Below, one piece after another: positions 1 through 7,785 of a stretch of 40,103 nucleotides of DNA. Positions within the stretch are counted from its first letter, which is position 1. Every line of letters starts with the position of its first letter. The position numbers and the translations under genes are program-made. The notes under the pieces are model-generated. The model was not told the origin of the DNA. It saw only the letters and a list, made by a program, of their open reading frames with translations, and searched no databases. Source of the DNA: Microbacteriaceae bacterium (GTDB lineage: Bacteria; Actinomycetota; Actinomycetes; Actinomycetales; Microbacteriaceae); NCBI GenBank assembly GCA_017744755.1, contig JAGIAU010000001.1, forward strand, positions 1-40,103, read 5' to 3'.

Positions 1-288
1 GCCTTCGGCATGCTGAAGTCGCTCGTGCAGGTCGCCGAGGCTCCGGCCGCCGGCGGCAAGGGCGGCGCCGCGGGCGCGAAGGGCGGCAAGGCCGTCCAGC
101 GGGTCATCCCGGCCGAGGTCGACTACGAGGTCGGCGAGACGATCACGATCAAGGAGGGCTCGTTCGCGGGCCTGCCGGGCACGATCGACGCGATCGACGC
201 CGCCGCGGGCAAGCTCACGGTCCTCGTCTCGCTCTTCGAGCGCGAGACGCCGGTCACGCTCGGCTTCGAGCAGGTCACCAAGCTCTGA
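1..288 (+). CDS. nusG: Transcription termination/antitermination factor NusG, C-terminal part (5' end upstream of window)
   Basis: Frame open from base 1 to TGA 286-288. KOW-type C-terminus IKEGSFAGLPGTIDAID...LTVLVSLFERETPVTLGFEQV. Lies upstream of rplK-rplA as in the conserved nusG-rplKA arrangement. Confidence 0.85.
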   Translation, partial: AFGMLKSLVQVAEAPAAGGKGGAAGAKGGKAVQRVIPAEVDYEVGETITIKEGSFAGLPGTIDAIDAAAGKLTVLVSLFERETPVTLGFEQVTKL

Positions 289-295
289 GGCCGCC

Positions 296-328
296 GGCTG
301 CCTGAGCGAGCGAAGCGAGTCGAAGGGC
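296..328 (+). repeat. Copy 1 of a ~33-nt GC-rich interspersed repeat (ggctNcctgagcgagcgNagcgagtcgaagggc)
   Basis: Near-identical to 6641-6674 and 10719-10751, and in inverted form to 6603-6636. Starts 8 nt after the nusG stop. Its GAAGGG lies 9 nt before GTG 336. Confidence 0.7.
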
Positions 329-335
329 GGCGTCG

Positions 336-848
336 GTGTCTCTGGAGTCCGTCCGCGCCCATCTCGCCGCCTTCGGTCTCGGCGACGCGATCCGCGTGTT
401 CTCCGAGTCGTCCGCGACCGTCGAGATGGCGGCCGCGCAGCTCGGGATCGCGCCGGCGCTGATCGCGAAGACGCTCGCGTTCCTGGATCCGACCGCCCCG
501 GCGGATGGTCCGCGCGTGGTCCTCATCGTCGCCGCGGGCGACGCGAAGGTGAGCGGCGGCGAGTTCAAGCGGCGCTTCGGCGGCAAGGCCTCGATGGTGC
601 CGGCCGAGCGGCTCGTCGAGCTGACCGGCCATCCGATGGGCGGCGTCTGCCCGTTCGCGAACCCCGCCTCCGCGCAGGTCTGGCTCGACGAGTCGCTGCG
701 GCGCTTCGAGGTCGTCTACCCGGCGGCCGGAACGCACGACTCCGCCGTCCCGGTGGCGGTCGAACGTCTCGCGGAGGTCAGCGGCGCGCTCGGCTGGGTC
801 GACGTCTGCGGCGCCTCCTGGCGGGAGCCGGTGGCGATCGGTGGTTGA
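336..848 (+). CDS. YbaK/EbsC-type aminoacyl-tRNA deacylase domain protein
   Basis: 170-aa ORF with GTG start and high GC3. Sequence pattern LIAKTL..., GDAKVS..FKR..G, MGGVCPF, VYPAAG resembles the YbaK/ProX editing-domain family. Confidence 0.7.
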   Translation: MSLESVRAHLAAFGLGDAIRVFSESSATVEMAAAQLGIAPALIAKTLAFLDPTAPADGPRVVLIVAAGDAKVSGGEFKRRFGGKASMVPAERLVELTGHPMGGVCPFANPASAQVWLDESLRRFEVVYPAAGTHDSAVPVAVERLAEVSGALGWVDVCGASWREPVAIGG

Positions 849-887
849 GGAGCGCCGCAAGCGCGTCTCGAAACCAAGCAGCGCGTT

Positions 888-1226
888 CTACCGGACGACC
901 CCGTCGAGATAGAACCACCTGCCGCTCTCGCGCACGAACCGCGACCGCTCTTGCATGACCCCGGCGACCCCGTCATCCATGTAGGACGCGCGGAACTCCA
1001 CGACGCCCTCGGTGTCGCCTTCGCCGCCCGCGACCGTGTCGACGATCTGCAGGCGCCGCCACGTGGGACCGTCGCCCAGGTCGACCTCCGACGGGCGGGT
1101 CGACGGATGCCAGCTCCGCAGCACCCATGCCGCGTCGCCGTCGCGATACGCCTCGAAGCGGCTGCGCATGAGCCCCTCCGCCGTGGCGATCGAATCGCGG
1201 GAGTCCGCGGCGTCGCGATTGGCCAT
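888..1226 (-). CDS. YchJ-family (UPF0225, NTF2-like) protein
   Basis: MRSRFEAYRDGDAAWVLRSWHPSTRP core is typical of short actinobacterial YchJ proteins. Start ATG 1226 is preferred because TATGTT lies 7 nt upstream. The ORF-track start at 1238 is the alternative. Confidence 0.7.
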   Translation of the reverse strand: MANRDAADSRDSIATAEGLMRSRFEAYRDGDAAWVLRSWHPSTRPSEVDLGDGPTWRRLQIVDTVAGGEGDTEGVVEFRASYMDDGVAGVMQERSRFVRESGRWFYLDGVVR

Positions 1227-1233
1227 GTCGGAG

Positions 1234-1239
1234 AACATA
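1234..1239 (-). promoter_or_regulatory. -10-like hexamer TATGTT, 7 nt upstream of ATG 1226 (leaderless candidate)
   Basis: Matches TAnnnT. No Shine-Dalgarno is possible in the 7-nt spacer. Confidence 0.4.
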
Positions 1240-1248
1240 CCGGCGACG

Positions 1249-1254
1249 TACGCT
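1249..1254 (+). promoter_or_regulatory. -10-like hexamer TACGCT, 7 nt upstream of ATG 1262 (leaderless candidate)
   Basis: Matches TAnnnT. The divergent gap to ychJ is only 23-35 nt. Confidence 0.4.
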
Positions 1255-1261
1255 CGCCCCC

Positions 1262-1714
1262 ATGAGCACCGACACCGCCCTGCACACGATGGCCACGACC
1301 GCGACCCCTGAGCAGCTGCTCGCGTACTTCTCCGCGAAGCGCGACGCCGAGACGGATGCCTCGGATGTGTACGCCGCGCAGAAGGCGGGGGAGCCGTTCG
1401 TGCTCGTGGACGTCCGCGGGGACGAGGCGTGGGCGCAGGGCCGCGCGGCCGGGGCCATCCACATGCACCACGGTCAGATCGCCGCCCGTGCCGCCGCCGA
1501 GATCCCGCTCGACACCGCGGTCGTCGTCTACTGCTGGAGCCCCGGCTGCAACGGCGGTCAGCGCGGCGCCGTCGAGTTCGCGAAGCTCGGGTACCGCGTG
1601 CGCGAGATGATCGGCGGCTTCGAGTACTGGGCGCGCGAGGGCTACCCCGTCGTGAACGACGAGGGCCGCGTGCGCTTCCCCGAGGACCCGACCGTCGGGC
1701 TCGTCAAGGGCTGA
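1262..1714 (+). CDS. Rhodanese-like domain protein (sulfurtransferase)
   Basis: 150-aa ORF. Has VLVDVRGDEAW..G.I.GA and an active-site-loop-like VVYCWSPGCNGG, then GGFEYW, as in single-domain rhodaneses. Confidence 0.8.
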   Translation: MSTDTALHTMATTATPEQLLAYFSAKRDAETDASDVYAAQKAGEPFVLVDVRGDEAWAQGRAAGAIHMHHGQIAARAAAEIPLDTAVVVYCWSPGCNGGQRGAVEFAKLGYRVREMIGGFEYWAREGYPVVNDEGRVRFPEDPTVGLVKG

Positions 1715-1762
1715 GCCGGTCGACTCCCTTCGCCGGCGGGCGCCATGCGGTAGACAGGTCCC

Positions 1763-2239
1763 ATGGCCCCGTCGGCGAAGAAGATCCTCTACATCGATCT
1801 CGACAACACGCTCGCCGACTTCGACGGTCGCGTGGCGGAGCTGAGCCCCGAGATCCGCTCCCGCTACGAGGGCCACTTCGACCACATCCCCGGGGTCTAC
1901 TCACTGCTGAAGCCGATGCCGGGGGCCGTCGAGGCGTATCACGAGCTCTCCGAGCTCTTCGACACGTACATCCTGTCCACGGCGCCGTGGCTGAACCCCA
2001 CTGCCTGGACCGACAAGCTGCAGTGGGTCGAGCTGATCTTCGGCGTCGAGGAGGCGAGCCCCGCCTACAAGCGCCTCATCATCACGCACCACAAGGACCT
2101 CAATCGCGGCGACTTCCTCGTCGACGACCAGCCCGCCCACGGCGCCGATGCGTTCGCAGGCGAGTGGCTGCATTTCGGAGCTGGCAACCGCTTCCCGGAC
2201 TGGTCGTCGGTGCTGGAGTACCTTCGTCCCCGCGCGTAG
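1763..2239 (+). CDS. HAD-superfamily 5'(3')-deoxyribonucleotidase (NT5C-like)
   Basis: N-terminal ILYIDLDNTLADF (DxDxT HAD motif I) and ...FLVDD near the C-terminus. Length of 158 aa is typical of NT5C-type nucleotidases. Confidence 0.7.
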   Translation: MAPSAKKILYIDLDNTLADFDGRVAELSPEIRSRYEGHFDHIPGVYSLLKPMPGAVEAYHELSELFDTYILSTAPWLNPTAWTDKLQWVELIFGVEEASPAYKRLIITHHKDLNRGDFLVDDQPAHGADAFAGEWLHFGAGNRFPDWSSVLEYLRPRA

Positions 2240-2251
2240 GCGAGCGCTGCT

Positions 2252-2656
2252 TCACCACACCGTCGCGAGCCCAGGCAGTTGTCGGAGGTGCGCGTCGGCC
2301 GTGAGCAGGGTGACGCCCTCGAGTATCGCCTGGGCCGCAAGCATGCGGTCGAACGGATCCCGGTGCTCCCATGCGAGCCCGCCCGCGAGCAGCCCTTGTG
2401 CGGTCGACAGCGGCAGCGATACAGCGCGCAGGTCCTCGAGCGCCTGGTCGAAATGATGCGTGATCGGCAGTGCCTCCGGCATCTTCCCAAGGCGCACCTT
2501 GGTCGCGATCTCCCAGGCTGACACCGCGGAGACGAGGACGTCGATGTCCTGCTCGTCGAGGAGCGCCTGCGCATTGCTGCCCAGGCGCTCGGGAGCTGTC
2601 AGGGCCCAGACGAGCGCATGCGTGTCGAGCAGGACTCGTCTCCTCACCGGTACCAC
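2252..2656 (-). CDS. vapC: PIN-domain toxin (VapC-type) of a type II toxin-antitoxin pair
   Basis: LLDTHALVW...SAVSAWEIATK...HRDPFDRMLAAQA is the classic PIN acidic-residue pattern. An alternative GTG at 2647 gives a 4-nt GTGA overlap with the antitoxin stop. Confidence 0.85.
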   Translation of the reverse strand: MVPVRRRVLLDTHALVWALTAPERLGSNAQALLDEQDIDVLVSAVSAWEIATKVRLGKMPEALPITHHFDQALEDLRAVSLPLSTAQGLLAGGLAWEHRDPFDRMLAAQAILEGVTLLTADAHLRQLPGLATVW

Positions 2657-2871
2657 AGTTCCAGCTCCTCCTCCGGAAGCGGGTCGAAGAACGCTGAATC
2701 CGGGATGGGCGGGACGAGTCCTGCGAGGGTCCCGAACTTCCGTTGGCGTGGTGGCTCGATGGGCACGAGCCGGACCGCGGGCTTCCCCGCCCGTGCGATA
2801 ACGACTTCTTCGCCGCGCTCTGCGGCGGCGATGAGCTTCGAGAGCTGCGTCTTCGCGTCCTGGATGTTCAT
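2644..2871 (-). CDS. Phd/YefM-type antitoxin
   Basis: MNIQDAKTQLSKLIAAAERGEEVVIARAGKPAVRLVPI is a typical Phd/YefM N-terminus. It overlaps the downstream PIN toxin gene. ATG is at 2871. Confidence 0.85.
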   Translation of the reverse strand: MNIQDAKTQLSKLIAAAERGEEVVIARAGKPAVRLVPIEPPRQRKFGTLAGLVPPIPDSAFFDPLPEEELELWYR

Positions 2872-2887
2872 CACGATCACGGCGCTC

Positions 2888-2920
2888 AGTCTACCTGGCC
2901 AGGTTGATCTGGCCAGGTAG
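2888..2920 (-). promoter_or_regulatory. Candidate operator/promoter of the antitoxin-toxin operon
   Basis: Perfect 12-bp inverted repeat ctacctggccag (2891-2902) / ctggccaggtag (2909-2920) with a 6-nt spacer. On the minus strand it overlaps a TAGACT -10-like hexamer (2888-2893), 16 nt upstream of ATG 2871. Confidence 0.5.
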
Positions 2921-2972
2921 GTGCTGCGCGAAGGTAGCCCCGCACGGGCCCATCGCGGTCGATGGTGAACGC

Positions 2973-3341
2973 TCACGATGCCGTCCCGTCGGGCCCGTCG
3001 TCGTCACAGCGGTCGTAGCCGCGTACGTACTGGTAGCCGGGCTCCGGCTCCCCCGGATCGGGCGGGATGATCTGTCCGAACCGGTCCCGCTCCGGCTCCC
3101 GCTCCGGCCCGAAGATCTCGTTGATCGGCAGGTACCAGGGGCGGTGGCCGTCGCCCTGGCGGATGGCGTCATCGATGGCGTGCTGGAGCAGGCTCAGCTC
3201 GGTGTCGCCCGGCGCGTCGATCTCGCGCAACCGCAGGTCGAGGAGCAACTCGCCGAGCTCGCGCCGGCGGTGCGGCCGCATCCGGATGACGGAGGCGAGG
3301 AGGTCGAGCTCGGGGTCGCGCTTGGGCGCTCGTGCAGGCAT
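2973..3341 (-). CDS. Hypothetical protein (122 aa, acidic/Pro-rich C-terminus)
   Basis: High GC3. AAGGGA Shine-Dalgarno lies 8 nt upstream of ATG 3341. I recognise no family. Confidence 0.5.
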   Translation of the reverse strand: MPARAPKRDPELDLLASVIRMRPHRRRELGELLLDLRLREIDAPGDTELSLLQHAIDDAIRQGDGHRPWYLPINEIFGPEREPERDRFGQIIPPDPGEPEPGYQYVRGYDRCDDDGPDGTAS

Positions 3342-3417
3342 GGGATGGTCCCTTCATGGTCGCCGTGGGCACGAGCGGATCCAGTATCGGCGGGACCACC
3401 GACATCATCCAGCGACG

Positions 3418-3423
3418 TAGGCT
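3418..3423 (+). promoter_or_regulatory. -10-like hexamer TAGGCT, 6 nt upstream of ATG 3430
   Basis: Matches TAnnnT at leaderless spacing. Confidence 0.4.
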
Positions 3424-3429
3424 CGCCCC

Positions 3430-3630
3430 ATGAGCGATGACGGCGCGGTCTCGGAGCGGATGCCGGGCGACGACGAGCCCGACGTCCCGGAGATCGCGTT
3501 CGCCCCCGCGCAGCACGCCCGTCCGACCGCCCCCGCCGTCAAGTGGTTCGTCGCGGTCGTCCTCGCCGTCTTCGCCGCCGGCATCGTCGCCCTCATCGTC
3601 GCGATGGCCACCACGGTCGCCGGCGGCTGA
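3430..3630 (+). CDS. Small single-pass membrane protein (66 aa), hypothetical
   Basis: Very high GC3. One hydrophobic span, WFVAVVLAVFAAGIVALIVAMATTV. Has a leaderless-type -10. Confidence 0.5.
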   Translation: MSDDGAVSERMPGDDEPDVPEIAFAPAQHARPTAPAVKWFVAVVLAVFAAGIVALIVAMATTVAGG

Positions 3631-3677
3631 GCAGACTCGCCGCTCGCGCGTCACGCGATCTGCCGCTGGCTCAGCCC

Positions 3678-3719
3678 GGAGAACGCGCTGAATCGCCAAC
3701 CCGCTCCCGCGCGTTCTCC
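3678..3719 (+). other. Perfect 11-bp stem-loop (ggagaacgcgc / gcgcgttctcc, 20-nt loop) in the spacer upstream of rplK
   Basis: Read directly from the sequence. No T-tract follows. It could be a terminator/insulator or part of the rplKA leader. Confidence 0.35.
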
Positions 3720-3827
3720 GCTACACTTGATCGGTCACGTTTCCAGTGACTACCCACCCCGGACGCCCGTCCGAGGGGAGAGCAGGCCCAAGGCCCGCTC
3801 GATCGCACAACACGAGAAGAGAACACT

Positions 3828-4259
3828 GTGGCACGCAGTAAGAAGGTCACGGGGCTGATCAAGCTCCAGATCCAGGCGGGCGCCGCCAACCCCGCCCCGC
3901 CCATCGGCCCCGCGCTCGGTCAGCACGGCGTCAACATCATGGAGTTCTGCAAGGCCTACAACGAGGCCACGCAGGACAAGCGCGGGAACGTCATCCCGGT
4001 CGAGATCACGGTCTACGAGGACCGCTCGTTCACGTTCATCCTGAAGACCCCGCCGGCGGCGGAGCTCATCAAGAAGGCGGCCGGCGTCGCCAAGGGCTCC
4101 AGCACCCCGCACACGGTCAAGGTCGCGAAGCTGACCAAGGACCAGGTCACGGCCATCGCGCAGGAGAAGCTCGTCGACCTCAACGCGGTCGACCTCGCCG
4201 GCGCGGAGAAGATCATCGCGGGCACCGCCCGTTCCATGGGCATCACGGTGGAGGCGTAA
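3828..4259 (+). CDS. rplK: 50S ribosomal protein L11
   Basis: [34 protein letters not shown] is the L11 signature. GTG start. Confidence 0.95.
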   Translation: MARSKKVTGLIKLQIQAGAANPAPPIGPALGQHGVNIMEFCKAYNEATQDKRGNVIPVEITVYEDRSFTFILKTPPAAELIKKAAGVAKGSSTPHTVKVAKLTKDQVTAIAQEKLVDLNAVDLAGAEKIIAGTARSMGITVEA

Positions 4260-4262
4260 GAC

Positions 4263-4955
4263 ATGGCTCAGAAGTCCAAGGCCTATCGCGCCGCCGCCGC
4301 CCTCGTCGAGGCGGACAAGTTCTACACGGCCTCCGAGGCGCTCGCCGTCGCGAAGCAGACCGGCTCCAAGAAGTTCAACTCGACCGTCGAGGTCGCGCTG
4401 AAGCTCGGCGTCGACCCGCGCAAGGCGGACCAGATGGTCCGCTCGACCGTCATCCTCCCGCACGGCACCGGCAAGACCGCGCGCGTCATCGTCTTCGCGA
4501 CCGGCCCCGCGGCCGAGGCCGCGATCGCGGCGGGCGCGGACGAGGTCGGCGGCGCGGAGCTCATCGAGAAGGTCGCGGGCGGCTGGACCGACTTCGACGC
4601 GGCGGTCTCGACCCCGGAGCTCATGGGCCAGGTCGGTCGTCTCGGCAAGGTCCTCGGCCCGCGCGGCCTCATGCCGAACCCGAAGACCGGCACGGTCACC
4701 CCGAACACCGCGAAGGCGGTCGAGGAGATCAAGGGCGGCAAGATCGAGTTCCGCGTCGACAAGCACGCGAACGTCCACTTCGTCGTCGGCAAGGCGGGCT
4801 TCACGGCCGAGCAGCTCGAGGAGAACTTCAAGGCCGCCCTCGAGGAGGTCGTCCGCGCGAAGCCGTCCTCCTCGAAGGGCCGCTACATCCAGAAGGCCGC
4901 CATCTCGACGACCTTCGGGCCGGGCATCCCGCTCGACGTCACGACCCTGGCCTGA
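4263..4955 (+). CDS. rplA: 50S ribosomal protein L1
   Basis: [32 protein letters not shown] and KIEFRVDK.. are L1 signatures. Starts 3 nt after rplK. Confidence 0.95.
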   Translation: MAQKSKAYRAAAALVEADKFYTASEALAVAKQTGSKKFNSTVEVALKLGVDPRKADQMVRSTVILPHGTGKTARVIVFATGPAAEAAIAAGADEVGGAELIEKVAGGWTDFDAAVSTPELMGQVGRLGKVLGPRGLMPNPKTGTVTPNTAKAVEEIKGGKIEFRVDKHANVHFVVGKAGFTAEQLEENFKAALEEVVRAKPSSSKGRYIQKAAISTTFGPGIPLDVTTLA

Positions 4956-4972
4956 TCGGCAGAACGCACTGA

Positions 4973-5006
4973 GGAGGGCCCGGCTCCGCGAGGAGCCGGG
5001 CCCTCC
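4973..5006. terminator. Bidirectional hairpin between convergent rplA and the transaminase gene
   Basis: Perfect 15-bp stem ggagggcccggctcc / ggagccgggccctcc with loop gcga. Confidence 0.7.
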
Positions 5007-5015
5007 CGCGTCCGG

Positions 5016-6284
5016 TCAGGCGGGCGCGTTGCCGATCTCGGCCTCGACGGCCGCCGCGACGATGTCGAGGCCGGCGACGAGGTCCTCGTCCGGCGTCGTC
5101 AGCGCGGGGAGGAACTTGACGACCTCGTCGCGCGCACCGGCGGTCTCGATGACCATGCCGTGCGCGAAGGCGTGCTGCGAGACCCGCTTCGCGAAGCCGG
5201 GGTCCGCGTCGTTCGCGAGCCCCTGGAACATGCCGCGGCCGCGGGCCGAGAGCAGCGAGGGGTGTTCTGCCGCGATCGCGTCGAGGCGCTCGCGGAGCAG
5301 GGCGCCCTTCCGCTTGACGTCCGCGGAGAACGCGTCGTCCGACCAGTACGTCTCGATGGCGAGGCGGGCGCCGATGAAGGCGAGGTTGTTCCCGCGGAAC
5401 GTGCCGGTGTGCCCGCCGGGCGTCCAGATGTCGTGCTCCGGCTTCAGCGCGACGAGCGACATGGGCAGGCCGTAGCCGGAGAGCGACTTCGACAGGGCGA
5501 CGATGTCGGGGTCGAGGCCCGCGAACTCGAAGGAGAAGAAGTCGCCGCTGCGTCCGCAGCCGGCCTGGATGTCATCGACGATGAACAGGGCCCCGTGCTT
5601 GGCGGCGAGCGCGCGGACGCGACGCAGCCACTCGGCGGACGCCGGGTTCACGCCGCCCTCCCCCTGGATCGTCTCGAGGATGATCGCGGCGGGCGCGTCG
5701 ACGCCGCTGGACGGGTCGGTCAGCATCCGCTCGAGGATCGCGACGGTGTCGACCCCCGGCCCGTGGTAGCCCTCGAACGGCGCGAAGGTCACGCCGCCCA
5801 TCGGCCCGCCCGCGTAGCGGCGGTAGTCCTGGTTCGCCGTCGCCGCGAGCGCGCCGAGCGAGAGGCCGTGGTAGCCGTGCGTGAACGCGACGACGTTCTG
5901 CCGCCCGGTCTTCACCCGTGCGATCTTGAGCGCCGCCTCGATCGCGTTCGTCCCGGTCGGGCCTGTGAACTGCAGCTTGTACTCTAGGCCGCGCGGCTTC
6001 AGCAGCGTGTCCTGGAACGCCTCGATGAACGCCGCCTTCGCCTCGGTCGCCATGTCGAGGCCGTGGACGATGCCGTCGCGCTCGAGGTACTCGATGATCG
6101 CCGACTTGAACGCGGGGTTGTTGTGGCCGTAGTTCAGCGTGCCGGCGCCGGCGAAGAAGTCGAGGTACTCGGCGCCGTCGGCGGCGATGAGATGGGAGCC
6201 CCGCGCGGCCGCGAACAGGGTCGGGAACGCGCGGATGTAACCGCGCACGTCGGACTCGTACTGGTCGAAGATGCTGAGCGCCAC
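5016..6284 (-). CDS. Diaminobutyrate--2-oxoglutarate transaminase (EctB/Dat type, class III PLP aminotransferase)
   Basis: SIFDQYESDVRGYIRAFP, LNYGHNNP, IVHGLD, TGPTGTNAIEAA, DDIQAGCGRSGDFFSFE, SKSLSGYGLP, GTFRGNNLAF, YWSDD and DEVVKFLPALT match the EctB family along the whole length. GTG start at 6284 was chosen. The Arg/Pro-rich upstream part of the ORF is not protein-like. Confidence 0.85.
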   Translation of the reverse strand: MALSIFDQYESDVRGYIRAFPTLFAAARGSHLIAADGAEYLDFFAGAGTLNYGHNNPAFKSAIIEYLERDGIVHGLDMATEAKAAFIEAFQDTLLKPRGLEYKLQFTGPTGTNAIEAALKIARVKTGRQNVVAFTHGYHGLSLGALAATANQDYRRYAGGPMGGVTFAPFEGYHGPGVDTVAILERMLTDPSSGVDAPAAIILETIQGEGGVNPASAEWLRRVRALAAKHGALFIVDDIQAGCGRSGDFFSFEFAGLDPDIVALSKSLSGYGLPMSLVALKPEHDIWTPGGHTGTFRGNNLAFIGARLAIETYWSDDAFSADVKRKGALLRERLDAIAAEHPSLLSARGRGMFQGLANDADPGFAKRVSQHAFAHGMVIETAGARDEVVKFLPALTTPDEDLVAGLDIVAAAVEAEIGNAPA

Positions 6285-6321
6285 GGCGGACCAGCCTACG
6301 TCCCGTCGGAGTCCGGTTCGT

Positions 6322-7785
6322 TCAGCTGTGCGAGCCCGCGACGACCTGGAACGTCTCGAGCGTCGCGTCGGCCGCGTACGCGATCCGGACGCCGGCGGCG
6401 CGCGCCGCGCGGAGCTCGGTGAGCGTCGCCTCGGTGATCTCCTCGCCCGGCACGAGGACCGGGATCCCGGGCGGGTACGGCGCGATGATCTCGGTGCTGA
6501 TGCGGCCGAGCGCGGCGGCGGCGGCGACGGTCGCGTGGGGGGCGAAGAACGCATCCCGCGGGGTCATCCGGGCCGGCGGGAGGGGCGGCCTCGCGACGGC
6601 GTCCCTTCGACTCGCCTTCGGCTCGCTCAGGGAGCCAGGCCTGGCTCCCTGAGCGAGCGCAGCGAGTCGAAGGGCCTCCTCGACGATCACGTCGACGAGC
6701 CGCTCGACCGCGGCCGGGTCGTCGAGCATCGTGAGGATCGGCACGAGCATCGACTCCTCGGCCTGCTCCGGCCCGAGGCCGAGCTCGAGCAGCCGGCGCT
6801 CGATCGCGAGCCCGCCGCCGTGCGGCAGGCGCACGACGAGCTTCGCGGGGTCCATCCGGTGCGTCTCGGGGCCGGGGACCGTGAGCCCGGCGGCCCGGAG
6901 CCGCTGCCGGGCGTTCTCCGCCCGGCCGAGCAGGTCGCCGAGGAGTGCGTGCCCCTCGGGGCTGCGCAGCAGGATCGTCGCGGCGTCGATGCTCGCGAGG
7001 ATCGAGCCGGCCGGGGAGGTCGTGTTCCCCGCCTCGAAGCCGCGCTCGAGCCGGTCGGGGTCGAGGCGCTCGGTCCGGGCGAAGACGATGCTCGCCTGGC
7101 TGTAGGCGGGCAGCGTCTTGTGCGCGCTGAAGACGAGCGCGTCCGCGCCGATCGCGAGTGCATGCGCCGGGAGCTCCTCGTGGAAGCCGAGGTGCGCACC
7201 CCAGGCCTGGTCGACGACGACGGGGATGCCGGCGTCGTGCGCGATCCGGATGATCGCCTCGCGGTCGCTCATCGTGCCGACGTAGGAGGGCTCCACGAGG
7301 AACAGCGCCTTCGCCCGCGGATGCGCCTCGATCGCCGCACGGACCGTCTCCGGCGCGATCCCGAGCAGCAGGCCGTCGGCGACGTCGGGGGTCAGCCAGA
7401 TCGGCGTGAGGCCGGCCATGATGAGGCCCGAGAGCAGGCTGCGATGGGCGTTCCGCACCACGAGAACCTCATCGCCCGGCTGCCCGACGGCGAGCGCGAC
7501 GGCCTGGTTCGCCTGCGTCGAGCCGCCGGTCCCGTAGCGGCACCAGTCGGCGCCCCAGGCGGCGGCGGTCCTGGCCTCGGCCTCGGCGAGGACGGCGGTG
7601 GCCTGCTTCATCGGGCCGATGCCGCCGAAGAGCGGGACGTCGCCGTCGTTCACGGCGCCGAGCTCCGGCCAGACCTCGCCCGCGCGGTGCTTGTGACCCG
7701 GGATGGTGAACGGGTGGCCGGGCTGCTCCGCGAAGGCGCGCCAGCGGTCGAGCAGTTCGGAGTGCAGCACGGGATCCATTCTCAT
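6322..7785 (-). CDS. Orn/Lys/Arg decarboxylase family PLP enzyme (SpeA/YaaO-like fold-I type)
   Basis: FTIPGHK, GGSTQANQA, FSAHKTLPA (PLP lysine), then C-terminal PRDAFFA...GRIS.E...PYPPGIPVL.PGE. ATG 7785 overlaps the upstream stop (ATGA). Confidence 0.8.
   Translation of the reverse strand: MRMDPVLHSELLDRWRAFAEQPGHPFTIPGHKHRAGEVWPELGAVNDGDVPLFGGIGPMKQATAVLAEAEARTAAAWGADWCRYGTGGSTQANQAVALAVGQPGDEVLVVRNAHRSLLSGLIMAGLTPIWLTPDVADGLLLGIAPETVRAAIEAHPRAKALFLVEPSYVGTMSDREAIIRIAHDAGIPVVVDQAWGAHLGFHEELPAHALAIGADALVFSAHKTLPAYSQASIVFARTERLDPDRLERGFEAGNTTSPAGSILASIDAATILLRSPEGHALLGDLLGRAENARQRLRAAGLTVPGPETHRMDPAKLVVRLPHGGGLAIERRLLELGLGPEQAEESMLVPILTMLDDPAAVERLVDVIVEEALRLAALAQGARPGSLSEPKASRRDAVARPPLPPARMTPRDAFFAPHATVAAAAALGRISTEIIAPYPPGIPVLVPGEEITEATLTELRAARAAGVRIAYAADATLETFQVVAGSHS
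6603..6674. repeat. 72-nt palindrome made of two inverted copies of the ~33-nt repeat, lying inside the decarboxylase CDS
   Basis: cccttcgactcgccttcggctcgctcagggagccagg | cctggctccctgagcgagcgcagcgagtcgaaggg. The arms differ only in a short central segment. 72 nt equals 24 codons, in frame. Confidence 0.75.

Noticed and set aside
1711-1735. ggctgagccggtcgactcccttcgccgg as a degenerate inverted repeat copy
   Set aside because: It shares only short words (gtcgac, cccttcg) in a different order from the repeat unit.
5016-6554. Full 512-aa ORF as the transaminase
   Set aside because: The first 90 codons are Arg/Ser/Pro-rich and overlap the decarboxylase gene 3' end. EctB-type proteins begin near the SIFDQYES motif, so GTG 6284 was chosen as the start.
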